Assembly: GCA_964035545.1 (NCBI GenBank) | Contig: OZ037767.1 | Span: forward strand, 4,604,707-4,668,706 | Origin: Bugula neritina | Lineage: Eukaryota > Animalia > Bryozoa | Length of the DNA stretch: 64,000 bases | Reading direction: 5' to 3' | Shown: positions 1-11,950 of the stretch, one piece after another | Layout of the letters: each line of letters starts with the position of its first letter | Numbering within the stretch: position 1 is the stretch's first letter | Position numbers and translations under genes: made by a program | Notes under the pieces: model-generated | Database searches by the model: none | The model's input: the letters and a program-made list of their open reading frames with translations, nothing else | Told to the model about the DNA's origin: nothing

Positions 1-806
1 TAAATGCAACACTGTAGCAAAGAGTGATTTGCTTAAAGAAAAAGATAAACTATAAACAATGAAGTATCACTTCAATTACTAGCAGGAAGTACTTATATAG
101 CCTTAGCTTGGTTAGGATAAAAATACACCCCTGATGAATTGTATTGCCAAGTACCTTTTTAATCATTTAATGAGTAGCTGTGATTTAGAACTGCAAACTA
201 CAAAATTTCAATCTATGATTTATTTTTATTTTTCAACTGAGAAAGCGCTTGAATGGTACTGATTTCTAGTTAACAAATCATCACCTATCAGTATTATCAC
301 AACTTTGAGTTAGTATAATATTAATAGTTATTTCATTTTACTTAAAGTCAGACTCAATGTCACTGGGTATCACCATCACCATAACTATACTGATAGTATC
401 AGTATGAGTAATCAATAATCATTGACTTTTACTTTGAGTGATTGACGTTTAGAATTAGTAGTGGTTGACTTTGCTAATGATAATGAATAGTAGTTTTAAA
501 TGTCAATTTAAATTACTTCAAAATTTACTGCTATAAATAGATTCAAATTCATATTCAAACAAATGTTCAACTTGAACTTCATGCTGTACTTGTAGTTGTT
601 CGATTTAAAATTTCTAAAAGTAAAAGTAAAACTAAAATGAAATGATATCTTATTATCTAGAAGTAAAAGTACAACTAGCACTTCAACTAATATAAGCTAT
701 GGAAAATCTAGTACTCCACACATAATGATAGCAAACTTGATCTGCATTCGCAGTCTAATTTATACCATTATGATTATTGGTAATTTAACTTTAATTGTAT
801 GGTTAC

Positions 807-1013
807 CTGTAATTCTGCTTTTTCCACATCCCATTGAGCGCGTTCCATTTCAAACTTGGCCCATTCTGTTTGCAGAAAGTGAAGTATGCCAGGCATATTG
901 TATTCCATACGAGCAGTGTGATCGTCAAAGTTTTGTTTGGAATTCATACCATAGCCAGAGTTTGGTCCCATTGAAGATCCTTGGTTAGAGCTTGGCCCCT
1001 CTTCAATCATCAT
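807..1013 (-). CDS. STRN: Striatin family protein (STRIPAK scaffold), first coding exon; gene continues off the window start
   Basis: Encodes MMIEEG...EYNMPGILHFLQTEWAKFEMERAQWDVEKAELQ, the conserved striatin N-terminal caveolin-binding/coiled-coil motif; phase-0 donor CAG|GTAACC at 807/806. Confidence 0.93.
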
Positions 1014-2890
1014 TTTCGGAAGCAGGAGCCATTTGCAAATACACAATTAGTAGCGCCACCAATGGTTAACGGGCGTTTAAAAACAAGGAGTAGGCAACTC
1101 TGACTATTTAAGTATATCGAACATCGGCCCTTGTTGTGACGTGAATATTACAATGATCGTAATATAATTATAATGGAAAAATACAAATATAATAATTTAA
1201 AATCGGAGTTTTGCTCAATGATATTGCATTGCAACGTTACTTTTGCTTCACTTAATGAGTTAATGCAAATCATAGTTAAATTTCAACTGATAATATAGTT
1301 TGGCTATAGCCTGATGCTCAATTCAGTGTTAAAATAAACAGGTTTCAAAGCTGAACAATTTCTAAAATGTAAGCATCTGAGTTTTGAGCATAAACTAATT
1401 AAAATGATTCGCCAAAACTTAGGTGACAATATATTTGACAGCTGCATTTGAAGTTACGTTGTACCAAACAGCAATAATGTGAAATGAAATTTTAGACCGT
1501 TATGTATTGTTATTAGGAGCAGCTTAACTTTTTAGTGGTAGCTAAATAACACAGGCTATATAACTATGTAAAAATTAAATTATCCTATCCTTATGCAAGA
1601 ACAATTTTTATTAAAGTATAAAAAATATTTATACTATTTATACATATGACCAAGAATTGTCAATATCCAATGGTTATACTGATTGCGGTACATCAATAGC
1701 ATGTCTTCTCAAAGTAACCATGATTGTGCACTCTAGACAAGTTGTGTAAGCGGAGGTAGCACGCCTTCATGCAGTTTTATTATTTTTGTTGATGTTAATT
1801 TTTGTTTATAAATGGTTGGATTTTGACTGAAGATAAGCTAGAGAAAATTATACATAAGAAATGCGCCAAGGAAACTAAAAAGATATAACAAAGGTGCACA
1901 AACTTAAAATATTTATTACATAAGAAGTAAAGAAAAAAAGTGCTAATGAATTCACAACAATCAGATTTTCTCACAAGAATGTTAGTGGCTAATTAGCGTA
2001 GTTCGGAAGGAAATTAAATGTATGCACCAAACTTAACACAGGAATGTCATGAGTCTAAGTTGGTCAGCTAAGCTTATAGTAAATTTGGTAAGATATCTGT
2101 TTTTGGCCTAAATTTATTATCAACACATTTTCTCTTGTTAATAAGTAGGGGTAATTGTAGGCCCTACTCGATGACCATTCGGTAACCATCACCATCGATG
2201 AGCCCCAATAGGCTACCTGTAGGGAATCCGAAAGCTCCCTAGGATGCATTAAAAATTGACTAAAAGGTTTGCAATAGAAATTGACATTAATTTAAACAGA
2301 TTTTGCAAATGCCCAAAGCATTATTTAAATGAATATTGTAACTTTCAATTTTCTGAATCTGTTCATATGCTAAATTTTATTCTACTCAATTATCTTAGCA
2401 ATTAAAACTTCAACTTTTGTATGTGATTGTTTTTAAATAAACTCTGAGACTCTGTTATTGATCGAATTAAAATATTATGATGAAAAACAGCTGAATTGTT
2501 TGAAGACTCAGTACCTTGCTAAAATCGTTTTTATAACTTGAGGTTTATGGTCATTGACATGCTTGCAATTTTTTTGCCTACCATGTTTACCAGAATGTCA
2601 GATGATTATCAATGCACTGTAGTTATACTCAATAAACATTTTAGAGTGTAGTGTGTTTCAGTTGCTAAAGCAAACTAATCTATCATGACCGTCCAAGGAT
2701 TGAATGCAAACTAAAACATTGCTTAGAAATAGCAATATCATCTCGTGGCTGAAAACGAACTACCAGAAGTCCATGTGATGGAGATTTAAGGAAGCCCTTG
2801 AATGGGTTTGTCAAGCATTTCTGAGTGGTAATCGATGGCTTAGAAAATCTCAATTGACAAGGTTATTACTATCATCATTTGGTTTAGTAT

Positions 2891-3005
2891 TACCCTCTTT
2901 AGAGGGTGTCAAAAATAAGTCTATACTCATTGTAATGTTCCTCTCCACGGAAATCTTTAGTAAAAGGCGAAAGATTTATACGTAGATATGAAGAGAAACC
3001 AGAGT
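2891..3005 (-). ncRNA. RNU5: U5 spliceosomal snRNA
   Basis: Minus strand reads ACTCTGGTTTCTCTTCA...AAATCTTTCGCCTTTTACTAAAGATTTCCGTGGAGAGGAAC (invariant loop I GCCUUUUAC), Sm-like site UAUUUUUG, and 3' hairpin ACCCTCT-AA-AGAGGGT. Confidence 0.97.
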
Positions 3006-3599
3006 TGCTCATTGAAGGCCTCATATTATTTGATATAAGTCATGAACTATATTAAAAGAAGGTGTGTAATTTCAAAAGTTTACAACTAAAGTTATATTGT
3101 AAATTTTTATAAAATATTCTAATGAAATATGATTATTTGGTAATTTATCTTTTAATAATTAAATTAAATAAAAATATAAATAAAGTGTAACATTAGGGAA
3201 AAATAATTAATAGAAAACAAGTACTACGTCATAGTAGGAGTTGTCCAATGTGAGAGCTAAATGCTAACATCTCTATTATTCGTTGTTGTCTACACTTCTA
3301 CGCCAAAAGTAGATCAACTCCGTCGCTAAACTCATGTCATTCTGATTCTCACCTGAGACTCGTATCCAATCTTGTAGACGTTACAAATTCTCAAGTGAAC
3401 CGAGTTAAAGGATTTTAGCTTGTTATTTATTCTACTCGAATGACGATAAAATTTGAAGTCTGAGACTGAAAGCTACAGCTAGTACTAGTAGTATTCGACG
3501 TAGCAGTAGACGTAGTATCGTTACGTCCCACCAGCTCCAGGTAAGTTACTTACACTTAAAGTTAATCTTATCACTTAGACTTAGAGTTAATCACTTATG

Positions 3600-4690
3600 A
3601 CTTACAGTTACTGTTAGTGTTACTTAGCTAGTTACTAGTTAGTATTTACAGTCACTACTAGTACTAGTAGTATTATTACCAGTAGTTAGTTTACCAGTGG
3701 CAGTAGACGTAGTACTTGTTCAGCAGCACTTACTTTTAGTTTTATTACTAGTAGTAGTAGTAGTACTAGTAGTAGTAGTACTGCTGCTGTTGTTGCTGCT
3801 GCTGCTGCTACTTATACTACTACTAGTACTACTAGTACTAGTGCTACTAATAGTGCTACTACTAATAGTAGTAGTGTTTTTGTTAATTTTTGTTATATTT
3901 ATTGGACAGGAATCCTGATGAGAACCAAAATGCGCCCAACACTGAATGTGTTGAAAACAATGTTCTTTGCAACATGCATGGCATTTCTTTTTGGATTGGC
4001 TGAATCAAAGAGAGGTGAGAGCCAGAATCTGAGCAATTAACTTCGACGTCATTAAATTTAACTATGATTAGAATTAAATAATAAAATTAAATAATTATTA
4101 GACATTAGTAAAGTATTACTATTAGTATTAGTTATTGCTATTGGTATTAAATATTGTAATTTAATTACCATTTATTAGAAATAAATGAGTTAATTATTAA
4201 TACTATTTATTACTAAGTCTACTAGTACTATATTTATATTAGTATTACTATTAGTAATTATGATATTAATAATCATTATTATATTATAAATATATTATTA
4301 TTATTTAGTAATACTAATACTAATTTACTAATTAACTTTTAATGAGTGGGTAAACGACTAACTCAGCTAAGCTTCCAAGTGACAGTTGTGAGTTGATCAT
4401 GATGTTACTCCAGCACTATGGCTATCACTATGAGTATGTCTATCATATTAATAAGAATAATATGACTTGAGTATTAGTATGACTATTACTATTAGTTTCA
4501 GTATTATGCTTTTAGTATGGTATAGCATTATACTTATAGTAACGGCAGTACTAATAATGATACTAATGAGTAATAAAAATAGCAATACTAATAATTAGAG
4601 TAATTCACTAATAACATAACTATAACTATTACTGTGGATATAAGTGTTACTGTTAGTGTCACTATAACTATTACTAAACTTTAGTCTGAG
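3600..4690. repeat. (AGT/ACT/GCT)n and (AGTAAT)n low-complexity tracts
   Basis: Visible tri- and hexanucleotide runs; they explain the poly-L/V ORF 3697..3918. Confidence 0.8.
3918..4014 (+). CDS. Putative first coding exon of a secreted protein (signal peptide); downstream exons not identified
   Basis: Donor CAG|GTAAGT at 3540/3541, acceptor ACAG at 3909, ORF MRTKMRPTLNVLKTMFFATCMAFLFGLAESKR, donor G|GTGAGA at 4014/4015. Confidence 0.5.
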
Positions 4691-5399
4691 GCATTCATTT
4701 CAATTTGAGGATTAAGTAAGTTATGCTTCTAAAATTTATTTGATTTCCTTCCCATCTAGAGATTTATACTTTTTAATTGAACTTTGACAAATTATATGAA
4801 TGATACAGCTTTATAAAAATTTTACGAACTGCAACTAGCCAAGTCCTAGTACAACTAAATCGGTTAATGTAACTATTTGGAATTATTTTAATTTAATTTT
4901 AGCATTTTTCGGTCATGTTGACTCTTGTGTTATTTTATGGTTATACTCATTTATAATGATAATCATAATGGTAATCATTGTAATAGTATTACTATTTTTT
5001 GTATTGAGTTTATAATCATGTTATTTATATTTGTTCTGATTCATTGAAGTGTATTTGTGAGCAAAGAGATTTGCTTTTCTCAAGTAATTTCAACGTTAAC
5101 TTCCAAAAGGTTGCACAGATCAAGCCAAGTCAATGATTTTAGAAATTCTAAAGATTTTAGCTATTGGGGTTCACAAGTGATTGAGTTATCTTGATTTCTG
5201 CTTATCAAACTGTTTTCATAAAAGCCATAGTGTTTCAAATGGATGAGACTAGAAAAACAAGTAAGATTGTTTATATGACAGTCAGTCGAGAGAAAAATGT
5301 ACATTATTGGAATAATTACGCAAAAAAATTTATTTTATCAACAGTATAAGCATGTATGCATTTTGAGCTGAATATGAATAAAAAATATTTAAAAAGAAG

Positions 5400-8300
5400 T
5401 CAAGATGTCAATGTTTTCCATTGTTTTGTTAATGCTTTAGCAATGTGTCTCTGAAAAACCTTGCATACTATATGTTGCCTGACCTTCCCCGTGTCATCTA
5501 TTTCGACACCTGCTTGCAAAGGTCGTGGTAATATTGCGAAACTGGAAATTATTTCATCGTGATAATGAAGTTGGTCATTAACCTAAAATATATTTTGAGT
5601 TAAACTGTGAAATATGACATACATATATAAGTGCAGAGTTTACATTGTATCAAGTTGTAGAATTTGGTTCAAGTTTTTTGTACCTGAGCTATTATCCTGA
5701 GAATCTCATTTCTAACTGCTTTATCTTTATAATCAGTAATATCATCTACAGTTTTAGACGTGCTTCCAAGTCTTTTTAACCACTGAATAACAGCTTCTTG
5801 AAGTTTTGCAGTTTTCTTTATTGTTTTGAATGCAAACAATGCTACGAGGCAATTTAATCCTTCTCCCACTAGTACACAATCATTTATGATTTTTGAATCA
5901 AGGAAAGATTTCAGTCGATTTTCTATTGGTATATGCTCAATAAATTTACCTAAAAATAACAATTTCAAATTTTAGATTAAAAACTGATTTGCATGTAAGA
6001 AATTTTTTTGAAGGGATTCAATTTTCGCCTCAATTTTCTTTTTGTTTACCTGAGCTCATCACTAAATAATTGTCCAGCCTTTTGCTTATCAAGAGAAGGT
6101 CTCTTAATTTTGCTCCTTGCACACCACTTTTATAGTATTTGCTTTGGCGTAGTAGTTTGGATGTTGTTGCATTTTCATCTCCCAGGTATCCTGCAAACAT
6201 TCCTCGGCTAGCAAAGCATAGTTCAATTTCTGTAACATCTGAAGGTATTGATTCAGTAATGCAAGTCACTTCTTTCAATAAAAGTCCCTGGATAATAAAG
6301 TAACAATAAAACAGAATATGGAAACTGTCATACTTGCAGTTTGTTTTATACACTATTTATTTTACATATATGCACAGTTTATTGTAAAAAAAACCATACT
6401 TGATTATGTGCTCTTTCTTCACACAGTCTCTCTCTTTGTATGGCTACTGTTAACATTTCATCAAACCAAAACCATGTCAAAACTGGTATGTTGAATGTTT
6501 TCATGTACCCTTTCGTCACCTCGTCTAATTCTTCGTGTCCAACACTCAGTCTAAACAACCGTGGATTATTGTTGATAGCATTGAGCGGCATAGTTCCTCC
6601 ACTAAATGCCTGTAATAATAATTGGTGTTTATGGGTTTTGAAAGTTCGAATGTGATGGACGAATGTAATGGACGTCTATATAAAGTGATAGACTTACTTT
6701 TTTCAGTCCCATTTCTTTTTTTATTCCTTTGAAAAACAGAAGCTCTGCTAGTTGAAATTTGAATCTTTGTCCTAGAGGGAGGGTCTCGTATGATCCAGTT
6801 GCTAGAGAATTGCCAACCTTGTTGCTAACATTTTTGGCCCATTGCTGAATACGATTTCCCAAGCCTCCTTTATTTTCAACGTTCTTATCCACCTCAATAA
6901 TTGATTCTATGAAAGCCTATAATGTAGTAACAGTAGTTTGGAAGTGTTCAAGTTTCATGTTTATAAATAACAAAGCATTCTCAATTCAACTATCTTGAGG
7001 CTAACTTACTTTCCACATGGTGGTTGATGTGAGAAATAGTGTTGGCTCGATTTCTTGACAGCATTGGAATAACTGGTCTACTGTATTATATGCTGGAGAC
7101 ACAAATAATGACACTCCTAGCAGGAGAGATGGGATAATGTCCACACATACCGATTGAGACCAGCTTAGATGGGTCACCCACTTTTCTTTGCCATTCTAGA
7201 GAGATAAATAATAGTAGTTTTTGGGATAATTGAATATAAACTTTGCCATTCTAGAGAGATAAATAATAGTAGTTTTTGGGATAATTAAATATAAAGCTTG
7301 AAAAATTATTCTCCAACTTAAGCAGGTATAGCCATTCTTTTAAGAAACTAAAATGAAACTTTTTTAATCTATAATATGAAAGTAGTTGTGTCTAATATTT
7401 ATTTTTTTATAGTTTCATGTAATTTTATGTTTGCATTTTAAAGTGCCAATCACCTACCTTGAGTTTTATAGCACATGCAACTTGTCTTGAAGTAAATACT
7501 AAATTGTCATGAGTTATCATCACACATTTCGGTTGCCTCTCATCTTTCACTTTGGTTTGTTGCAAAGGGTTACTGATGAGACTGAAATACTGTGGTTTGA
7601 TGATGGCTACCTGTTGGTTCAATACAATATTTTAGTTTGAATGTATTATTTTTGCATCAATGGTGTCACAATTCAAGTCTATGAAAGGTTTGGTTTTCTT
7701 GCCTTGTTTGGTGAAAGATGCTTGTTCATATATGTTGTTAATGTACTCTTTGAAACATTCATTCCACTTCTTAGCCATGACTGAAAAGAGTAAAGTGTTG
7801 CTTTTGAAGAGATCTGTTTTGCTGTAGCTGCTTGACTTTCCAGGCTCACAACTACTTTTATGGTTGGAAAATGTTTAATGTGGTTAACAACTGTAATGAC
7901 ATCGTCAGCTTTCCCACATATTATGACTTCAGCGTTGCTTTTCTTTACTAAGTGTTTTGCCACGTTTAGGTGTAAGCTGCAATAAGTTACCAGAAATAAA
8001 AAGGTAGTGCTTATTCTACTATACTACTTTGCAAAACTAAGTTTTCTAATTACTCTTTTAAGCTCAAAACTTATTTTGCTGTTAAGCATCACCATAGTTA
8101 GCGAAAATTGAAATCACACAGCAAAGGTGTCCACTGTAGCGTCAGTGATGCGCGTGATAAATAAAGCTTTCATTTTTAAATCGCACTCGCTTTCAATAAA
8201 AGGCAATTTACTGGAATGTAGCATTAAAATAAAGAAATTGGGCTCGCTGAATAACTACCAGCCAATTAGGTGACGACGACAGAGACGATTCGCACTTGCG

Positions 8301-11300
8301 TTGAAAATGCTGAGTGGCCCTAGGCTTATAGTAAATACTATTATTGTGAAATGTATAATATAATGGGAGGAATAAGTGATATAGTAAAGATAAAATATAC
8401 ATACGCACTGAATGAACTACATATCATAGCTGGTAAGGAAATAAATGTGCAAGCCATTAGGCAAAGGATCAATGGACTAGTAGTTGTTTCAGATGCTATG
8501 ATTATGCTCGAGTCAGCTTTTATATTTGAGTAAAGAAAACTCGATGCCAACTGCTCTGCCATCTTCATAAGTTGTGAATAGGTGATTGGAGTCCACAGCC
8601 CTTTGTCATCTTTCTCCACTAAAGCTTTTCTAGTAGGGTGTTGATCGGCCATGTGCATAATCTGGTAACATTGATTGAATAGTGCAAGGTGACTTCAACC
8701 TTGTGCATTTTGGTAAAAACTCTGAATGGAAATATAATAAACCACTCCTGGATCATAATTATTTAACCTAGTGTACTGGCTTTCTAAATTTCAACTTGGA
8801 TACTCTTGTTAATTGGATATCAGAGCTCTGCTTCAACCGTAAGCTGTTGATGTTTTATGCTGTTCATCATGACGTATAAAGTTTTTCTAGAATTATTTAG
8901 GCAGTAAGCAGGCAGTAACTCATCGTATGATTAGGAATGGTTTAGCTGAAATTACTTGCATAGTAGTAGCATTTATCAAGTGTGAGAAAATTAACTTACG
9001 AACTTATGCTCTGTAAAATTACTGATATTTCATACTTTAGCTCTGTTATAAAAATAATAATGTTAAGGTTGGGCACTCATGGTTAAAAAAAGCTATATGT
9101 ATGAGTGTTTTAAATACACTGAACCTGTGTTGGGATAGTCACTGGTAGTTGATAGGAGTCGATCAGACTTATAGATAAATCTTCTTGTGATGGCGTATTG
9201 TGGTTGTATCTTATTTGAACTGGCTCACTCGGTTTGGTTGTATACATGCTGCTAGTTTGTGTCACTGTATCCCATTTTCTCTGTGGTGCTACTAACCAAG
9301 CCATTCTGAAAAAATTCACTGTGGTAATTTGAATTAAACGTCTCAACTATCCATTATTATAATTTGGTTGTATTATAAAATAGATTTACTTTATTTCGCA
9401 ACCCAATGGCATATCTTAGCTGAAATATTACTTATTAAAATTTGTTTCTTCAAATTCAAAAAATTTTTACTGCCTGTTGGCTTTGATTCATCTTTATAGT
9501 ATTAGAAACTTGACGTGTATTAAGTGGCTGTGTGCATGTGTGTGACTTCACTTTCAACTGTTTGTTTGCTCAGAGGCATTCCATTTTATCTACTCCAAAT
9601 TTGAGGAATGAAGTTTTTTACCTCTTCCAATCTGCATCTTTTGAGGCAATTGTTTTCTCTTTAGCAACTGAAGTCCCATAACTCACATATGTGTTTATCT
9701 CGCTCCCTTCATCTGCTATCCGAAACAGATTTGGGGATGTTCTAAAAAATGTAGGGTATACCTTAGCATGGCCTGAATATGTAGCTTGTTGAATAAAACT
9801 GATATCTATGGAGATGAAACTAACTGAAACTTTAACATGTGTGAGTGTCTTTCTGCTGCCTGGTAATACGGTTATTCCAGTGTGTATTCTAGCCTGTATT
9901 TCAGTGCACCTTTAGATATAATATAAATATTTTTTGTTTTAATCAAACTGTAATAACCTTAAATTCTCGGCTGATATTGGTGAATGTTTATGACCAATGT
10001 CTGGCACACTTTGCATCCAGTGTAGTTTAGAGCTTTTTCTCCAGGAGTAGTTTACTTTAAAATCATTGTTAGCTTCTATCAGCTTCTCCAGCATTTCAGA
10101 TACTTCATCGGCTGTGATCTTACTGGACACTTTGTTATGAATCTGTTTGAATGGTAACTATTCAATTTAGTGCGATTGCATATTTCAACTTGAAAAAATT
10201 AATATTTGCAAAATTAATATTTGGTAAATGCTTGAATAATCAGACCAAGTTGAGGTAAAAATTGAATTTGATGCCAATTCAAAATGATGTGGTTCTTCAG
10301 AGATGTTTTGATTTTATAATTTATAAATGTGTCTGCTGCCTACATTGAGGCAGCGTTGAACTATAAAATTATGAAAATCAAATACACCGAGCAGCTTAGT
10401 CAAGTTCATAGCGTGCTATTTTACTGTAGAAGTTATTTAATGCTCTACACCTTGTGCAAAATCATTGCTGATAAGCTGTCGGATGCATCAAGAATAGACT
10501 GTAAGTGCTGTGTAACTTAGGCAAACCTGATTTGAGGTTGTTCTTGACTTATGTAATGGTGAAGGAGTAGGAATCTCGGTTAGAAGAGGCTCACTCTCAG
10601 TTGCTCTCTTATTACCCAAGTCATGTTTCTCCACTTTCTACAATAATCATTGGCAAGGCTTTGTCTAGTAGTAAACAAAATGGTAAGCTACTGCTTACTC
10701 ATGAAAAATCTAGTGTAAGCAAACTTTTATTTACTCTGACACCCAATTTGACCAGCGGTATGTATCATCATCAATAAATCTAAGTTGAAATTTTGAGATT
10801 TCCAAGACGACCCACCATAATATGGTCAATTCACAAATGCACTCGCCTGAATTCTTGTCCAAAAGTGTTTAAAACATAGGCTATCAAACTTTATTATAGT
10901 TCACAAGCAAGGATAGCATATATAATATATAGTTGGTACATCATTCCTCTTTACCTGTGTACTCTGATGAGGGGGAGTCTTATTAATTACAGACAGCTTT
11001 TCTTTTTCTTTCGATTTGGAGCTACTTGTGTCAGAGGATTTCTAATGTATATATAGGAGAATATAGTTAATAAATTTATTTATTTATTTGAAATATTTCA
11101 TTTAGCAACATCAAGCCTTATGGTAGGTGAACATGAAAACGTAGTTTATCATAATTTTTATTTAATTAATTGCAATTGCTGTAGATCGAACTGGAATGTG
11201 CTTTTATAAAATTGTTGAACGTTGCTGAACTGCTAATTGAGTTTTTCCTATTCAACTTTTTATCGGCTGTTCTCAAAGCTTGAATCTTTAGTGATTGTAG

Positions 11301-11950
11301 ACAACTTCAGTTTATAACTGCAGTTTGTTGTGCCTAACTATTAACACAATATAAGTGTCATCAAGAAGCCATTATTTATAAACTAGTGTACTTATACTGA
11401 TGTGTTTTATACTGTTAAGTATCTCCTTGGATTACTTGATCATTGGTACATGCATATTATAACCAATATTTGTTTTTATAAAAACAAGCATGTCTATACT
11501 TACATCTCCAAATAGGGCACCTTTTTTGCTTACGTTTACATACTTAGATTCTTGGTTAGAGGACTCTGTGAGAGGGCTAAGGTAAACTTCATAAGGTTGT
11601 GTTTCCCCTTCCGTATCTTCTCTGGTTACTGCCGTTTGAAATGGGTTCTTGAACGCCTGTGAATGCTTTTTATTTTCAGGTGACAACTTATTGGCTTGCG
11701 CATTGTTTTGGCTAACAAAGACTTCATAATGCCGATTTTCACTCTCTAAATCTTCCTCGCTGTCTTCAAATGGGTTTTTTGATTCATGTTCCTTTTTACT
11801 TTTTCGCTTCACCACCTCGTAGGCTTGGACCTCACTACTGTTGTTAACCAGAAAGGGATTGTTGGACGCTTCTAGCTTGTTTCTATTTGGTGACTTTTTA
11901 GAAGCGGCTATATCCTCTTCAGATTCCAGGAACGGGTTGTACTCGGCCAT
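5400..11950 (-). CDS. Multi-exon gene: disordered NPF/YEV-repeat N-terminus fused to a highly divergent bubblegum-type (ACSBG-like) long-chain acyl-CoA synthetase fold
   Basis: Phase-compatible exons from MAEYNPF (11950) via ~11041-10956, ~10637-10527, ~10142-9958, ~9910-9820, ~9741-9622, ~9305-9125, ~8661-8406, ~7976-7703, 7610-7458, ~7195-7010, ~6917-6697, ~6609-6400, ~6288-6049, ~5949-5684 and 5582-5400 (TGA). ACSBG landmarks: YTTKPSEPVQIR, PVTIP, KALVEK..WTPITY, PKCVMITHDNL, RGMFAGYLGDENAT, PIEN, CVLVG, GVEIDDTGKV. Confidence 0.8.
7186..7295. repeat. 55-bp tandem duplication spanning a 3' splice site
   Basis: CTTTGCCATTCTAGAGAGATAAATAATAGTAGTTTTTGGGATAATT(G/A)AATATAAA at 7186-7240 and 7241-7295. 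Confidence 0.95.

Noticed and set aside
2658-2878. Possible box C/D RNA just downstream of U5 (ATGATGA ... CTTTAGCAACTGA on minus), with a weak U5-antisense stretch
   Set aside because: No terminal stem or clear C'/D' boxes, the guide match is short and mismatched, and such boxes are common by chance; an Rfam/snoRNA scan would be needed.
3697-3918. Hydrophobic poly-L/V ORF and similar ORFs (25408, 25826, 28370, 50721-51358, 52261, 56659-57022, 60780)
   Set aside because: Translations of micro- and minisatellites.
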